Source: Octopus vulgaris (taxonomy: Eukaryota). Taken from it: a stretch of DNA of 64,000 bases. This document shows, one piece after another, positions 1 to 12,559 of the stretch (the first letter of the stretch is position 1; every line of letters begins with the position of its first letter). The position numbers were made by a program, and so were the translations under genes. The notes under the pieces are model-generated. The model saw only the letters and a list, made by a program, of their open reading frames with translations, did no database searches and was not told the origin of the DNA. The stretch is taken from contig OX597817.1 of NCBI GenBank assembly GCA_951406725.2, forward strand, positions 137,764,001 to 137,828,000, given 5' to 3'.

Positions 1-375
1 ACTTCGTTTCCTCTTCTTCACTCATCCCTTTTTTAAAATATAATTCTCTATTCTCATTTTTATTCCGTAATACATAAACGAGTTCTGACATTCTACCTAT
101 TTAAAAGTATTTTATTTCCGTTACCGTTTTTTTCCTTTCATTCTTCTCTCATCTCGTAGCTCTTACCAAGGTTAATATTTCCCAATCAGGATACGTTCGC
201 CTCCATTTTCCTGGAGGCTCTTCACGTTACGTAAACATATACCTAAGTAAACAAGATATTTAAGTCGACGCTGCACAACTTTGTTTTTACGCTGCACATT
301 GTTCGGAATCATATTTCTGTCAACAACAGAGTAATCTTATCCTACAATCTTAATATTGTCTTCTTCGTGATACAA

Positions 376-901
376 ATGTGTGTATAGGTATGTATAGGAA
401 TGTATGTATGTATGTATGTATGTATGTATGTATGTATGCATGTATGTACGAGTGTGCGTGTATGTATGTACGCATGTAAGTATGAGTGTGTCTGTATGTA
501 TGTAAGTATGTATGCATGTATGTATATGTATATGTATATATATATATATATTTTTTTTTTATATATATATTGATATATATATATATATATATATACATGT
601 ACATATATTTACTTGTACATATTTGTATACACGTATATGTGTATATACATAAATACATGTGTATGTATTCATGTATGTGTATATGTATATATATATATAT
701 GTATGTGTGTGAGTGTGTACATAAGTATATATTGATATATATGTATACATATACATATATATACTTGTGCGCATATGTATACACGTATATGTGCATATAC
801 ATAAATACACATGTGTATATGTATGTATGTACGTATGTATGTATGTATGTATGTATGTATGTATGTATGTATGTATGTATGTATGTATGTGCGTATGTAT
901 A
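376..901. repeat. compound (TATG)n/(TA)n microsatellite
   Basis: Direct tandem TATG/TA/TG units; source of the Y/I/H/T-rich ORFs. Confidence 0.95.
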
Positions 902-1205
902 TCATCCACTGCTTATACAGTTCCCATGTAGTCGTAAGGCAAGGTTGTCTTACTGTTCGATATTAATATTCTAGGTTGCCGGAGATTTCTTTGACTTAAT
1001 TCCGTTTACCTGTAATCCTGGTTCCAGTAAAGATACAATAAACTACTTCGGGTTTAACTCTGCTTAGATCTGACGTTGGTCTTCATAAATAAGTAATGTG
1101 ACCTGTTACATACATAAACACACAAAACATTCATATATCTATGTGTGTGTGTGTGCGTGTGTGTTTTTATCGTGCCTGTTTTTGTGTATGTATGCATCGT
1201 GGTAG

Positions 1206-1557
1206 CTATATATATATAAACGGCAAAGTGTCTGTCTGTGTGTGTGTGTATCCTTTATACAAATCCACAATTTTTCAGTTAGAGGCTCGCACTTTCTATG
1301 GTCATTCAAAACCGGCCAAGGGTGGTCGTGCACATTTTTACATTTCCCCAGTCATCCCCAAAGCCATTAAAAAAATCAATAGAAGTGACTTTTTTCTGAA
1401 TTTTCTATCAAAATGCCCGAAACTTGATACGCCAATTGAATGCCAGCTAGCTGTATGTGATTGGTCGGAGATTTGGACAGTACTCGTGTGTATGTGCGTA
1501 CGCACGCAGCTGTATATGCATGCACTATGACCGGGCGTAGCCGGGCCATAGTGCTAG
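1206..1557 (+). mobile_element. non-autonomous Helitron
   Basis: 5' CTATATATATAAA start and (TG)n near the 5' end; 3' GC-rich motif CCGGGCGTAGCCGGG (1531-1545) followed by terminal CTAG (1554-1557) and T. Confidence 0.7.
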
Positions 1558-2159
1558 TAGATTATATGTATGCGTCGAGGTATGGCTTAACAAAGTCGGA
1601 CAGTTCGTATTGTTAATATGCCACCAGGTCCGATTGCATCGCAAAGCATCTCGGGTAAATATATCTCAGCATGGCGTCGGGTCAACCCAAGGCCTGTGGG
1701 GGAAGCTGTGCGGAAGAAAACTACGAAGCCTGTCAAACGGTTGTACAGTTATCACCACACTGACCCTGTCCTAAGTATTGCAGTCTGGGCACAACTCTCT
1801 GAGAGATACTCAGCTACTTTTACAATAATGCAATCGAACTCGAACATTAATCGTCGATAGTGGTAGAGATCCTTTTACAAGGTATAGACGAGACAAATCA
1901 TCTCAAAGGATTATATTTGTTGAAATTTATAATCCATAAATTGGAAGAGACTTGATAAGAGATTGACAACATATTATGGCTGCTGTTTAAAACATGTAAA
2001 CACATAGCTACTTATACACATACATACTTATACACACATACGTGCATATATCTTTACGCACGAACAAACTATACACAGATTCATACACACTGGGTTCGAT
2101 GTAATCGACTTCACTCTTCCCCGCAAACTTCAGGCTTTGTGTTTTTAGTAGAAAGCATT

Positions 2160-2205
2160 GTTATAATGATGATGATTATCATCATCATCATCCTTATCAT
2201 CATCA

Positions 2206-2267
<62 letters not shown>

Positions 2268-2298
2268 TCTATTATTATTATTATTTTTATTATTATTA

Positions 2299-2359
<61 letters not shown>

Positions 2360-2374
2360 CATTATTATTATTAT
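2160..2374. repeat. (ATC)n/(ATT)n microsatellite
   Basis: Tandem trinucleotide repeats. Confidence 0.95.
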
Positions 2375-2445
2375 TGCTGCAGAACACACCGCACCTGTTT
2401 TCAAACGCTCCAAGTAAGTTTCGTTTCAAAATATCTATTTACACC

Positions 2446-3030
2446 GAAGGCGGCAAGCTGGCAGAAACGTTAGCACGCCGGGCGAAATGCGTAGCTGTAT
2501 TTCGTCTGCCGTTACGTTCTGAGTTCAAATTCCGCCGAGGTCGACTTTGCCTTTCATCATTTCGGGGTCGATAAATTAACTACCAGTTACGCACTGGGGT
2601 CGATATAATCGACTCAATCCGTTTGTCTGTCCTTGTTTGTCCCCTCTACGTTTAGCCCCTTGTGGGTAATAAAGAAACAGGTATTTCGTCTGCTGTTACG
2701 TTCTGAGTTAAAATTCAGCAGAGGTCGACTTTGCCTTTCATCCTTTCGGGGTCGATTAAATTAAGTACCAGTTACGCACTGGGGTCGATATAATCGACTT
2801 AATCCGTTTGTCTGTCCTTGTTTGTCCCTTATATGTTTAGTTCGTTGTGGATAATAAAGAAACAGGTATTTCATCTGTCTTTACGTTCTCAGTTCAAATT
2901 CCGCCGAGGTCAACTTTGCCTTTCATCCTTTCGGGGTCGATGAATTAAGTACCAGTTGCGTACTGGGTAGATCTAATCGACTGGCCGCCTTCCCCCAAAA
3001 TTTCGGGTTTTGTGCCTAGAGTAGAAAAGC
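2446..3030 (+). mobile_element. tRNA-derived SINE family A with triplicated body
   Basis: Head GGCGGCAAGCTGGCAGAAACGTTAGC, B-box-like GAGTTCAAATTCC, body GCCTTTCATCCTTTCGGGGTCGAT present 3 times; TSD ATAT(C/T)TATTTACACC at 2431-2445 and 3031-3045. Confidence 0.9.
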
Positions 3031-3422
3031 ATATTTATTTACACCAGTTTTTGTCTTTTTTTTTTTTTTGCATTAATTATTATATTCCGAGTTTTGTATA
3101 GAAGCATCAGGAATCTATTCCTGGTTTTATATGGTTGTGTAGCTCCCAGTGGGGCAATTTTCAGCACACTAGATAAATTTGGTGGGCGTTAAAAGAAAAT
3201 GAAATCAATACAACTCAACAAGATGGCGGAACGCGTCTTGAAAGTGTTGAGGAAAAACAAAACAAACTCACCTACCAATATGGTAATAGATGAAGACTTC
3301 CCCCCATCCCTCTGTCACAAGCAACAATGCAAGGGAAGGGGAGGAGGAGGAGGAGAAGTACAAGACTGACATGGTACAAATTTCAACTAACAATAACAGT
3401 AATAGTAGCAGAATCACTAACA

Positions 3423-3561
3423 GCGGTCGGAGGATCGCGGTTTCGATTCCCAGACCGGGCGTTGTGTGTGTTTATTGAGCGAAAACACCTAAAGCTCTAC
3501 GAGGCTCCGGCAGGGGGTGGTGGCGACCCCTGTTGTACTCTTTCGCTCCAACTTTCTCTCA
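3423..3561 (+). mobile_element. SINE family C fragment
   Basis: GCGGTTTCGATTCCCAGACCGGGCGTTGTG... shared with copies at 25638, 47247 and 54655. Confidence 0.85.
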
Positions 3562-3829
3562 CGCTGAAAAGCAGCAGCTGCAACATTGTCAGCAGCCGCA
3601 GCAGTAGTAGTGGTGAGAGCAGCAACAACCACAAAAAAGGAAACAACAGCAGTGGCAGTAGCGATAGCAACAACAATAACAACTACAACGAGAGCAAAAG
3701 TGACGACAACAACAACAAAACGAATACTAGCAACGTCGATAAGAACGACAACAACGGTAGCAGCAGCAGCAGCCAAGACCAAACACCGATATACCGTAGA
3801 CCTCTTCAAATAGAGAACAGATGCTCCCA

Positions 3830-4620
3830 GAAGCATGGAAATTAATTAAACATGAGAATAATTGGGCAAATCTGACAATCCCGTCAGAGGCAATCGAAGC
3901 AGTGGATAGAAGAACCCCGCTCTTCAGATGCATCTCGGCAGATGCAAAAGAGCGGCTTTGATAGACCAAGTAGATATTGAGGCCATGGTGACCTTTGGAA
4001 AAAAAAAGGATTTGCTTTTCTCTTTCCGAGCTCCGACCTGCCGATGGAGGCTTTCCTGCAGGCGGCAGGGAACTTATGCGGAGGCTCGAACGAGAAAGAG
4101 GAAGAGTAAGAAAAAATTTGTAATTTTTGTGATTTTTTGAGTAAAATTGAATAAAAGAACAGCAATTTCGAGGGGTTATCGGTCGGCGGGCGCCGGTGCC
4201 CCTCCCATTTTTGTTCATCATTATCATCCTCATCTCATTAATGTCTTTGTCAAGCCCGCAGCTACTTATCTGTGTGCGACTTTCATGGCCAATTTGAGAA
4301 ATAAAAGTAGATATTGAGGAGCGCTGATATCGAATTCATGGCGAGGGGCAAACAATACGGCACCATTTCGGTACTGTTTAAATCAGTTACCCTCGCTGTA
4401 AAACATTCAATGACCTCCTGCAAAACAAGCAAAATCATCATGGGGAAACGTACAGCCCGTGTCCGCATTCCTAAAATTCCCACAGGACTAGATATTTGGT
4501 GGCTTCTGGGATGCGTAATCGTGGAGGGGATGGATACTGTCCCTATAGAGGCGACAAGAACTGCCAGGGAAAACTGGTCAGGTGTTGACCTAGAGATGAC
4601 TTCTCTAGATCAGACCCGAA
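3830..4620 (+). mobile_element. decayed retrotransposon ORF1-like remnant (L1/Tx1-like?) interrupted by a TSD-flanked insertion
   Basis: Non-repetitive coding-like peptides EAVDRRTPLFRCISA / LIDQVDIE..DIEFMARGKQYG..MGKRTARVRIPKIP continue, with frameshifts, across a 15-bp duplication. Family assignment is from recollection only. Confidence 0.4.
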
Positions 4621-4741
4621 AACATAAAAAAAAAAATCCCAGACCACATCCGTCTCCAGAACCTGCTTAGAATGGATATGCAAATAATCGTTCAAGATCT
4701 CGCTGAGCAAATAACGATTTTTAAAAAATGATTATCATTCC

Positions 4742-4900
4742 TCGTAATCTAGCGGTTCGGCAAAAAGAGAGCGATAGACTAAGTACTAGGCTTGCAAAGA
4801 ATAAGTCCTGGGTTGACTGATTTGCTTGACAGAAAATGCGGTGCGGTGCTCCAGCATGGCCGCAGTCATATCACTGAAACAAGTAAAAGAATAAAAGAAT
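4742..4900 (+). mobile_element. SINE family B 3' fragment
   Basis: GCGGTTCGGCAAAAGAGA..GATAG..AAGTACTAGGCTT..CCAGCATGGCCGCAGTC, matching the family B tail. Confidence 0.75.
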
Positions 4901-5061
4901 AATAATTTCTTGAAATAATTACATTTTAGAGTTCGGAGGGTGTTCGAAGAAGAGAATGTGTTACAATGACATTGATGAAACGAAACAGCTCAGCTGACTG
5001 GCAGGTTGGTCGGTCGGTCGGTTACTTGGGTGGATGGATGGGTGGATGGCAAAGCTACACT

Positions 5062-5206
5062 CGTCATCACCACCACTACCACCACCACCACCACCACCAC
5101 CACCACCACCACCACCACCACTATCATCATCATTTTCATCGTTTTCATCGTCACCAGGACCACCATCTTCACCATCAGTATTATCCCCTTCATCATCGTC
5201 ATCATC

Positions 5207-5243
<37 letters not shown>

Positions 5244-5284
5244 CCACAATCATCATCATCATCATCATCACCACCACCATCACC

Positions 5285-5347
<63 letters not shown>

Positions 5348-5520
5348 GTAGTCGTCGTCGTCGTCGTCATCACCAACACCATTAACATCGCCGCAGTCGT
5401 CCTCACCGTCATTACTGTCGTCGTTGTTTCCTATATTGCTATTGTCGTTCTCACCGCAAACAGCGCCGCCTCCCCCACCGTCGCCACCACCTCTGCCGCA
5501 GCCGCCGCCGCCGTCACCAT
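5062..5520. repeat. compound (CAC)n/(CAT)n/(GTC)n microsatellite
   Basis: Tandem trinucleotide repeats. Confidence 0.95.
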
Positions 5521-6169
5521 TCATTCCAAGAACCCCTTCAGTCTAACCTTATCCATTAATCCATTAATAAAACTGCCATTGTGTGAAGCAGGCCTCAGCA
5601 CCGTCAGATAAATAGTTTACATTTCAGAATCTCTGTTACCATAGCAACCACTAATTATCTCACTTTGCAGCCCCCAGCTAACCACGTGCTCTCTACGCGG
5701 TCGCTCCATCTGCTGGAAATAGCAGTTATCCTACTCTAAATCATATCTCACAGTCTCAGAAAGATGCTGTGGATATATTTCTCGTTCTCTTGCACACAGG
5801 AAAAGGCTAGGGTGGTCACGGATGGATTACCTTTATCTTTTCGATCGGAACTGACTGAGAACCAAACAATCGCAACAACTTTACTCTAAGACATTTCTAT
5901 GTAAAATCCACGGAAACATTTGCACACACTTATACTTACATACGCACACACACCACACACGCACACACATACACGCACGCACATACACGCACACGAACAC
6001 ACATACACAGACACACACTCACGCGCACGCAAACACACACACACGCGCACGTACACGCACACGCATACAAATACACACACGCGCGCACGCATACGCACAC
6101 AAACACACACAGGCACATATACACGCGCACGCACACACAGGTACATACACACATACACACGCACATACA

Positions 6170-6432
6170 CGCCTTGTGAGTAGAACTGATAGATGGAAAC
6201 TGAAAGAAGCTTGTCGTATATGTGTGTGTGTGTGTGTGTCTCACCACCGCTTGAAAACCGGTGTTGGGGTGTTTATACCCCGTTAACTTAGGAGTTCGGC
6301 CAAAGAGACCGATAGAATGAGTACCGAGCTTTAAGAATATAAGTAGCGAGGTCGATTCGTTCGACCAAAAATTCTTCAAGGTGGTGCCCCAGTATGGCCG
6401 CAGTCTAATGGCTGAAAGAAGTCAAAGATAAA
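6170..6432 (+). mobile_element. SINE family B 3' half
   Basis: GCCTTGTGAGT..GGAAACTGAAAGAAGC..(TG)n..GGTTCGGCAAAAGAGACCGATAG-like..ATGGCCGCAGTC. Confidence 0.8.
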
Positions 6433-6770
6433 AGATGAAAGAGGCTGCCTAATGAGTCCGTCATTTTTTAAAGAGCCGCTGAGATATGAGGGTATTGGGC
6501 TGTTATTTCGAGCAGGATGGAGTCTTGTACTAAAGCGAATGAATGTGTTGAAGCAACGGAACATAATCTTGTTTTTTTTAATCAGAGTAAAACAGTGACC
6601 ACTGCCTTGGAGGGGACGAGGTAGCCACAGACTCAAACTCTGTATGAACTATCAGTGACCTCTCTCTCAAGTGCCAAGTGGTTGTGTTAGACCAGGCGGC
6701 GAAATTCTCCAGTAATGTAAATAGAGGAATTTATCTGTAATATAATATGTGACAATCATTCGATTGCCAT

Positions 6771-6831
6771 AATAAAACTCTGAGTTTCGGATGTCTGGGC
6801 GGAAATCTGCTCCGGCATCTCGTCAGTTATT
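6771..6831 (-). ncRNA. type I hammerhead ribozyme motif
   Basis: Minus strand aataa-CTGACGA-gatg..catcc-GAAA-ctcagag-TT-ttatt: 5-bp stem I, intact core, short stem III. Confidence 0.7.
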
Positions 6832-7656
6832 AAGACAAACAAAAATGCTATGAAAATGACGTGTCTGTTGTGCTAAATAATGGCTTTTTAACACAACAGG
6901 CACGCTTCTATTTGTTGTTTTTCCTCCGTTTTCTTATCGTCTTTATATACATCAAACAACGGTTTATCTTTGTAAATTATCTGCTGCCGTATACCTTATA
7001 CCAAGGACCATACTTACGGAGGTAATTACCAGGAGTGCCTTTGGATACATCTATCCCTTAGAGGGTTTAAACACCTCTAACTTATACCTTACACACACAC
7101 ACATACACACACACACACGCACAAACACACACACATATAACCCATTTCTCCCGCCCCTAAAATAGTAACCTGTTTACCTAGTTCATAACAATCATTATTC
7201 TAGATTTTATATTAAACTATGTTGAGATTTCACTTTATATCCTTGCAAATTCCGCAAAATAACTTATTTTAAACTATATTTCCTTACAACCAAAATCCAA
7301 TTTTCATTAGCAACTTTACATCAGACATGGGGATTCCTGAAGTAAACCATTTCATTTCCACTTCAGAAATGTAACCGAAAGGTCAACCTAAATAGGCATC
7401 CTTACTACACATGTAATTAATTCGAAGAACGACTGCAATTGTTCTCATTATTAATTTCGTTCCTTTCTTTAACAAACCCTAATCTTCAATCAACAGTTTC
7501 CTCTCGTTTTTGTTTTCCACATCTCCTCACAATATCATATCTCATTTTATACATTCAATCTCTGCTTCTTGTCTTCTCGAAACTGTATTTTTCCTCAGTT
7601 ACCATCTCATAACAGTCAATGACTCTTTCTCTTTCTCTCCCTCTCACTGTCTTTCT

Positions 7657-7695
<39 letters not shown>

Positions 7696-7830
7696 ACCCT
7701 CTCAGTTCTCTAGATCTCCTTCCTACCACTCTCCTTTCATACGCCATTAATTTCATATTTTTACACACTTCTCTTCATCAGTTTTGTTTTTCTTGTACCA
7801 AAAGCATCAGTATTTCTCTCTACGACTCTC

Positions 7831-7861
<31 letters not shown>

Positions 7862-9367
7862 CTCTCTGATGCCATCACTCATTTCCTCCCTCACACACTC
7901 CTTTACTCATTCTTTCTTTCTCCTCCTATCTCCCTCAGTCATTCACTTTTACTCTTTCCATCTCACGTAATTGTTTCTCTCCCACCATATCTATTGAAAC
8001 TCTCCATCCATCCATCCTCTCTCCTTCTCTTTTTATCTTTTTATCTCCAACCTTTTCTGTCAGATTTTCTCTCTCGCACCCCTCCCCTTCATTTATCCAT
8101 AATTCTCCATCCCTCATAATTCTCTCGTCTTTCATTTTATCTCTCACCCTCCTCTCCTTCTCAGACACAACACATAGAGATAGAGGTAAAGAATTACTCA
8201 ATTCTCGCCATTCCTCCTTTTCTACCCTTATTCCACCCAGTCGTTCGCTGAACCACCCTACCATAGTAACTTCCTCTTTACCATTAATTGATTTTGTTCT
8301 TCTTTCGTTTGTAATTTCTCTATTTTCTCTATTTTTTTTAGGAACCGAGGAAAGAGCCGGTCCAGTAAAACCGTTTAATTCTTCCTCTGCTCTTTTACAC
8401 ATTTTCTTCCATTTGCAAGTTAACGTTTATCTTGTCTGCAAAGATTAACAGATAAATTTCATTTTAATGAAGACCATTTTGAAATCAAGACCAAAATCTC
8501 ACCTCTACCGAAAACACGAAGGCATCAATTAGGGTTTTTTTTTAACCTTATTTCTCGCTTGTAAGCAGGAGTACTAGCAAAATATTGAAAGTTACGGAAT
8601 ATTGGTTGTCAGATTAAGCATGCCAAGTTAATAACCAAGAGATATTTTGCATAATAGGAACTGTAAATTTGAGCATTTACAAAAATTATTGGCCGGGATT
8701 AATTTAAAATACAAAAATAAGCTCATCAGAAAAACACAAATTGCTTTTTTACCGCTTGCCGTTTGCCAGTAATGCCTATTACACCATAGGCGGCTTGTCA
8801 TTTTATTTAAAATTAGATTGGTTTTTCTCCTATTTTCACGATATTAATTTATCTTTAAGAAATAATACATCAGTCACTTGATGCTAGCATACTAGGTTAT
8901 AGTACTAATGATGTTCACAACGGGGTTCCCTACATCCGTTTAATGTCTGTCACTGGAAATACGTCCATTAGTCGAATATAAATTATGACGCTCTCTTCTC
9001 TCTCAAAGTGATGCATTATAAGGTTTAATATAATCAAATCAAATCATATATATATATATATATATATATATCATGTTACATATTATGAAATCTATTCTAT
9101 TATGATTATAATGTCTTACATAGCATATTATAATAGTATGTAAGTATATATATATATAGCAATAAGAAAATGGAGAACAATAGGTGGTTCATCAACTTTT
9201 AGACATTATATTATGTTAACTATTTATTTATTTACTAAACTGATAATTACAATAATATACATACATATAACATATTATTCTTTACATATAAGATATAAGA
9301 TATAAAATATAGTAATATATAAGGATACCAGTAATTATTATAAAAAATATGTATATAAATTGGGAAA

Positions 9368-9496
9368 ATAACTTACAGCTGTTTCAGCCAATAGATAAAA
9401 CTATCTCATTCTACCTTTATTACTCAAGTGGATTGAAGTAATAGGTAGATGAACATGAGGTATTTGTATATATCTCTAGGCTTCTTCAGAGATTAT
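9368..9496 (-). ncRNA. type I hammerhead ribozyme motif with long stem II
   Basis: Minus strand ataatct-CTGAAGA-agcc[~95-nt hairpin]ggct-GAAA-cagctg-TA-agttat; palindromic stem III. Confidence 0.65.
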
Positions 9497-9523
9497 AAAG
9501 CACATAATGTTAAGTTATAATAT

Positions 9524-9595
<72 letters not shown>

Positions 9596-9596
<1 letters not shown>

Positions 9597-9935
9597 ACAA
9601 AGATGTACTTGCATAGAAAGTGACCTGATCTGTGATCGTGTACTGAAGCAAAAACAATTGCAGCGTGGAAAGTGTTCATAAACCATTTAAAAACACACAA
9701 AAAACGTTAGATTCACTGCAACATTCAAATTTCATTTGTGTCAAAATATTTTCGTCGCTTTGAGACCGCGACCTCTTCACTGTCAAAATGCTCAGATGCA
9801 GCACGGAATTTTATCAGTGAAGAAGTCATGGTTTCAAAGCGACGAAAATATTTTGACACAAATGAAATTTAAATGTTGAAGTGAATCCACTGTGTTTTTA
9901 AATGGGTTATGAATACCTTCCACGCTGCAATTGTA
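9596..9935. mobile_element. palindromic non-autonomous element between (TA)n tracts (second copy 15390-15600)
   Basis: Inverted arms ~9654-9788 and ~9806-9934; same family recurs at 15390. Confidence 0.8.
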
Positions 9936-9945
9936 TGTATGTATG

Positions 9946-10031
<86 letters not shown>

Positions 10032-10084
10032 TGTACACGCACGCACACACACATAGACACGCATACACACATACATGTATATAT

Positions 10085-10400
10085 TTACATGTATCTATAT
10101 GTGTAAACCATGTGACCACGTTGTCGACCAGACTATTGGATATTGCTTTTACATCGCTAGTCCCAATGCGTTTCGCATCGTGTTAACTTTCGATAGATGC
10201 CACCCCACTGGCATGGTGAGTAGGCCAAAATTCACGCCGATCGAAAGGGTGGTCCGTCACAGGGTGGCCCGTTTACTGTTGAGTGGACTGAAGAAGAGTG
10301 AAATTAATTGTTTTGCTCAAGAACACAACACATCGCCCTGTCCGGGAAAGGAACTCGGGATCTCGCGATCTTGAGTGCAACACCCTAATCACTAACCACT
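10085..10400 (-). mobile_element. degenerate tRNA/CORE-like SINE
   Basis: Minus strand GTGATTAGGGTGTTGCACTC..GAGTTCC..GTTGTGTTCTTGAGCAA; its tail also occurs at 41497-41620. Confidence 0.6.
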
Positions 10401-11284
10401 AGTAATATCTTGAAAGTTTGCTATAACATACATTAAAATCTTATCAAGTTTTTAGCTATTGGTTATTACAAAAAGAAACAGTTGTGATAAAACCCCAGAC
10501 GTTTCTGTTATAAAACCTAAACGTTGGCTATCGGGAGAAATATTAGCAGACTTGATCATAACATTATACTGCTAACAGCACAATACATCGACAATTATGA
10601 AAGTATCAAGAGAACATTGATAATTCTTAAATACAGGTTACCCTCACAACAGATATTGATATTTCATTAAAACAATTTTTTACATTTTTAAAGAGAATAA
10701 TTACACAGAAACCAAATGGTAATTGTCTTGAATAATACACAAAATAGATTAACACTGTAGTTTGGAAATTGTGAAAATAATGGTTTAGAATATCAGCAAT
10801 TTAATTAATAAAGTTTTATTAATTCATTTATTCATTTTATGACATTTTCATCAGAGAAAAATGCAAAATTTGGATAAGTGGCCTGGCCAGAAAATTCAAT
10901 TTTAAATGGCAACTGAAGAAACATAAAAGAAGGAATGGAAAAGGATTGGAGTTGAATGTAGGGAATTCTTTGGAAATGAATTAAACAATAACAGCATCCA
11001 TAGAAGAAGAGTATGGCGGTGGGGGAGAGACATAAATTGCAGAAGGAAAAGAAACTGTCAGCTCGGGTTTCTTTCATTTGATTTACTTCACTAACCGTTG
11101 GTTTGAAGTTAGGTGGACTTCATCCATCTCCCGGATTAAAGCAACCACCAGCCGGACATTAAAACCCTTTCGTGGGAGCATTTGAAACAGGAGTCGAGAC
11201 TGATGATTACTTTCCAGAACACCCCGCCCCAACTCTCGTTCCGAAAAATCTCGAAGACTCTCATATTTTCGTTCGAGACTGTTA

Positions 11285-11498
11285 TTCTTTTATTCGTTCA
11301 CTTGTTTCAGTCATTTGACTGCGGCCATGCTGAAGTACCGCCTTTAGTCGAACAAATCGACCCATGACTTATTCTTTGTAAGCCTAGTAGTTATTCTATT
11401 GGTGTCTTTTGTCGAACCTCTAAGTTACGGGGACGTAAACACACAAACATCAGTTATCAAGCGATGGTGGTGGTGGGGGACAAATACAAACACACAAA

Positions 11499-11585
<87 letters not shown>

Positions 11586-11746
11586 CGGGGCTTCCTTCAG
11601 TTTCCGTCTACCAAATCAACTCACAGGGCTTTGGTCGGCCCGAGGCTATAGTAGGAGACATTTGCGCAAGGTGCCACGCAGTGGGTCTGAACCCGGAACC
11701 ATGTGGTTGGGAAGCAGGCTTTTTACCACACGGCCACGCATGCGCA
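11285..11746 (-). mobile_element. SINE family B, near full length
   Basis: Minus head GTGGCCGTGTGGTAA..GGTTCCGGGTTCAGACCC, CORE-like GGCACCTTGCGCAAATGTC, internal microsatellite. Confidence 0.9.
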
Positions 11747-11782
11747 TATGGAATTTCTTAATGTTGCTTGACAGGCTTTCAT

Positions 11783-12097
11783 GAAGCCGCGTGGCTTAGT
11801 GGTTAGAGTATCTGGCTTACCGTCATGAGTTAGATTCCCGGCGGCGAAATCCGTCCTTGAGCAAGGCACTTTATTTCACGTTGATCTAATCCACACAACA
11901 ATCAAAAATTATTTGTACCTGTAATTTAAAACGGCCAGCCTTGTCACATTCTGTGTCACGCTGAATCTCCCTGAGAACTACGTTAAGGCTATGCGTGCCT
12001 GTGGTGTTCTCAGCCACTTTCATGTCAGTTTCACAAACAAGCTGTTCCGCTGATCGCACCAAATGGAGCCCTTGTCGTCATAACCCACGAAGCGCCA
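11783..12097 (+). mobile_element. SINE family C-related copy
   Basis: A-box GTGGCTTAGTGG, CCTTGAGCAAGGCACTT, tail GTCACGCTGAATCTCCCTGAGAACTACGTTAAGG. Confidence 0.8.
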
Positions 12098-12261
12098 CTA
12101 AAAGGTTTCATTGTTGATGGAATCTACCTTTAAATGAATTTCTTGTCATTGTCAAGTACAGTGCTTGCGGAGTGTCTTTGCGAATGTAATAATGGCGTAG
12201 CCTGATATGTGATATCATCACCTAAGAACTGATGGTGAAGAAGATACAACCCAAATGTTTG

Positions 12262-12559
12262 TCCCTTCTCGAGCCATGCTTGGCTTATAAGTGCCGGTTT
12301 TCCGGTTTCAATGGTGTATAGGTTGCCCCACCTGGGTAGGACGCCGGTCCGTCACAGATGAGCTGCTTGATGCAAGAGGAAAGAGATAGAGAAAGTTCTG
12401 GCAAATAAGTTAGCAAAAGTTCGCCAACACCTTCTGTCGGAGCTGCGTGGAACTTGAGGGTTTCGCTCATAATGGCACACATCGCCCGGTCTGAGATTCG
12501 GACCCGCGACCCCCCGACCGTGAGTCCGCTGCTCTAACCACTACGCCATATGCCTCCAC
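12262..12559 (-). mobile_element. SINE family C variant
   Basis: Minus head GGAGGCATATGGCGTAGTGGTTAGAGCAGCGGACTC..GGGTCCGAATCTCAGACCGGGCG. Confidence 0.8.

Noticed and set aside
350-974. Long Y/I/H/T/C/V-rich ORFs here and throughout the window
   Set aside because: Translations of TA/TATG/CA microsatellites, open on both strands, with no domain content
4961-5611. Poly-D/H/I/S ORFs up to 201 aa
   Set aside because: Trinucleotide repeats open in many frames
10440-10935. Possible Tc1/Tc3 transposase remnant (FS.EK..LD.GP-like)
   Set aside because: Requires several frameshifts; not supportable without BLASTX
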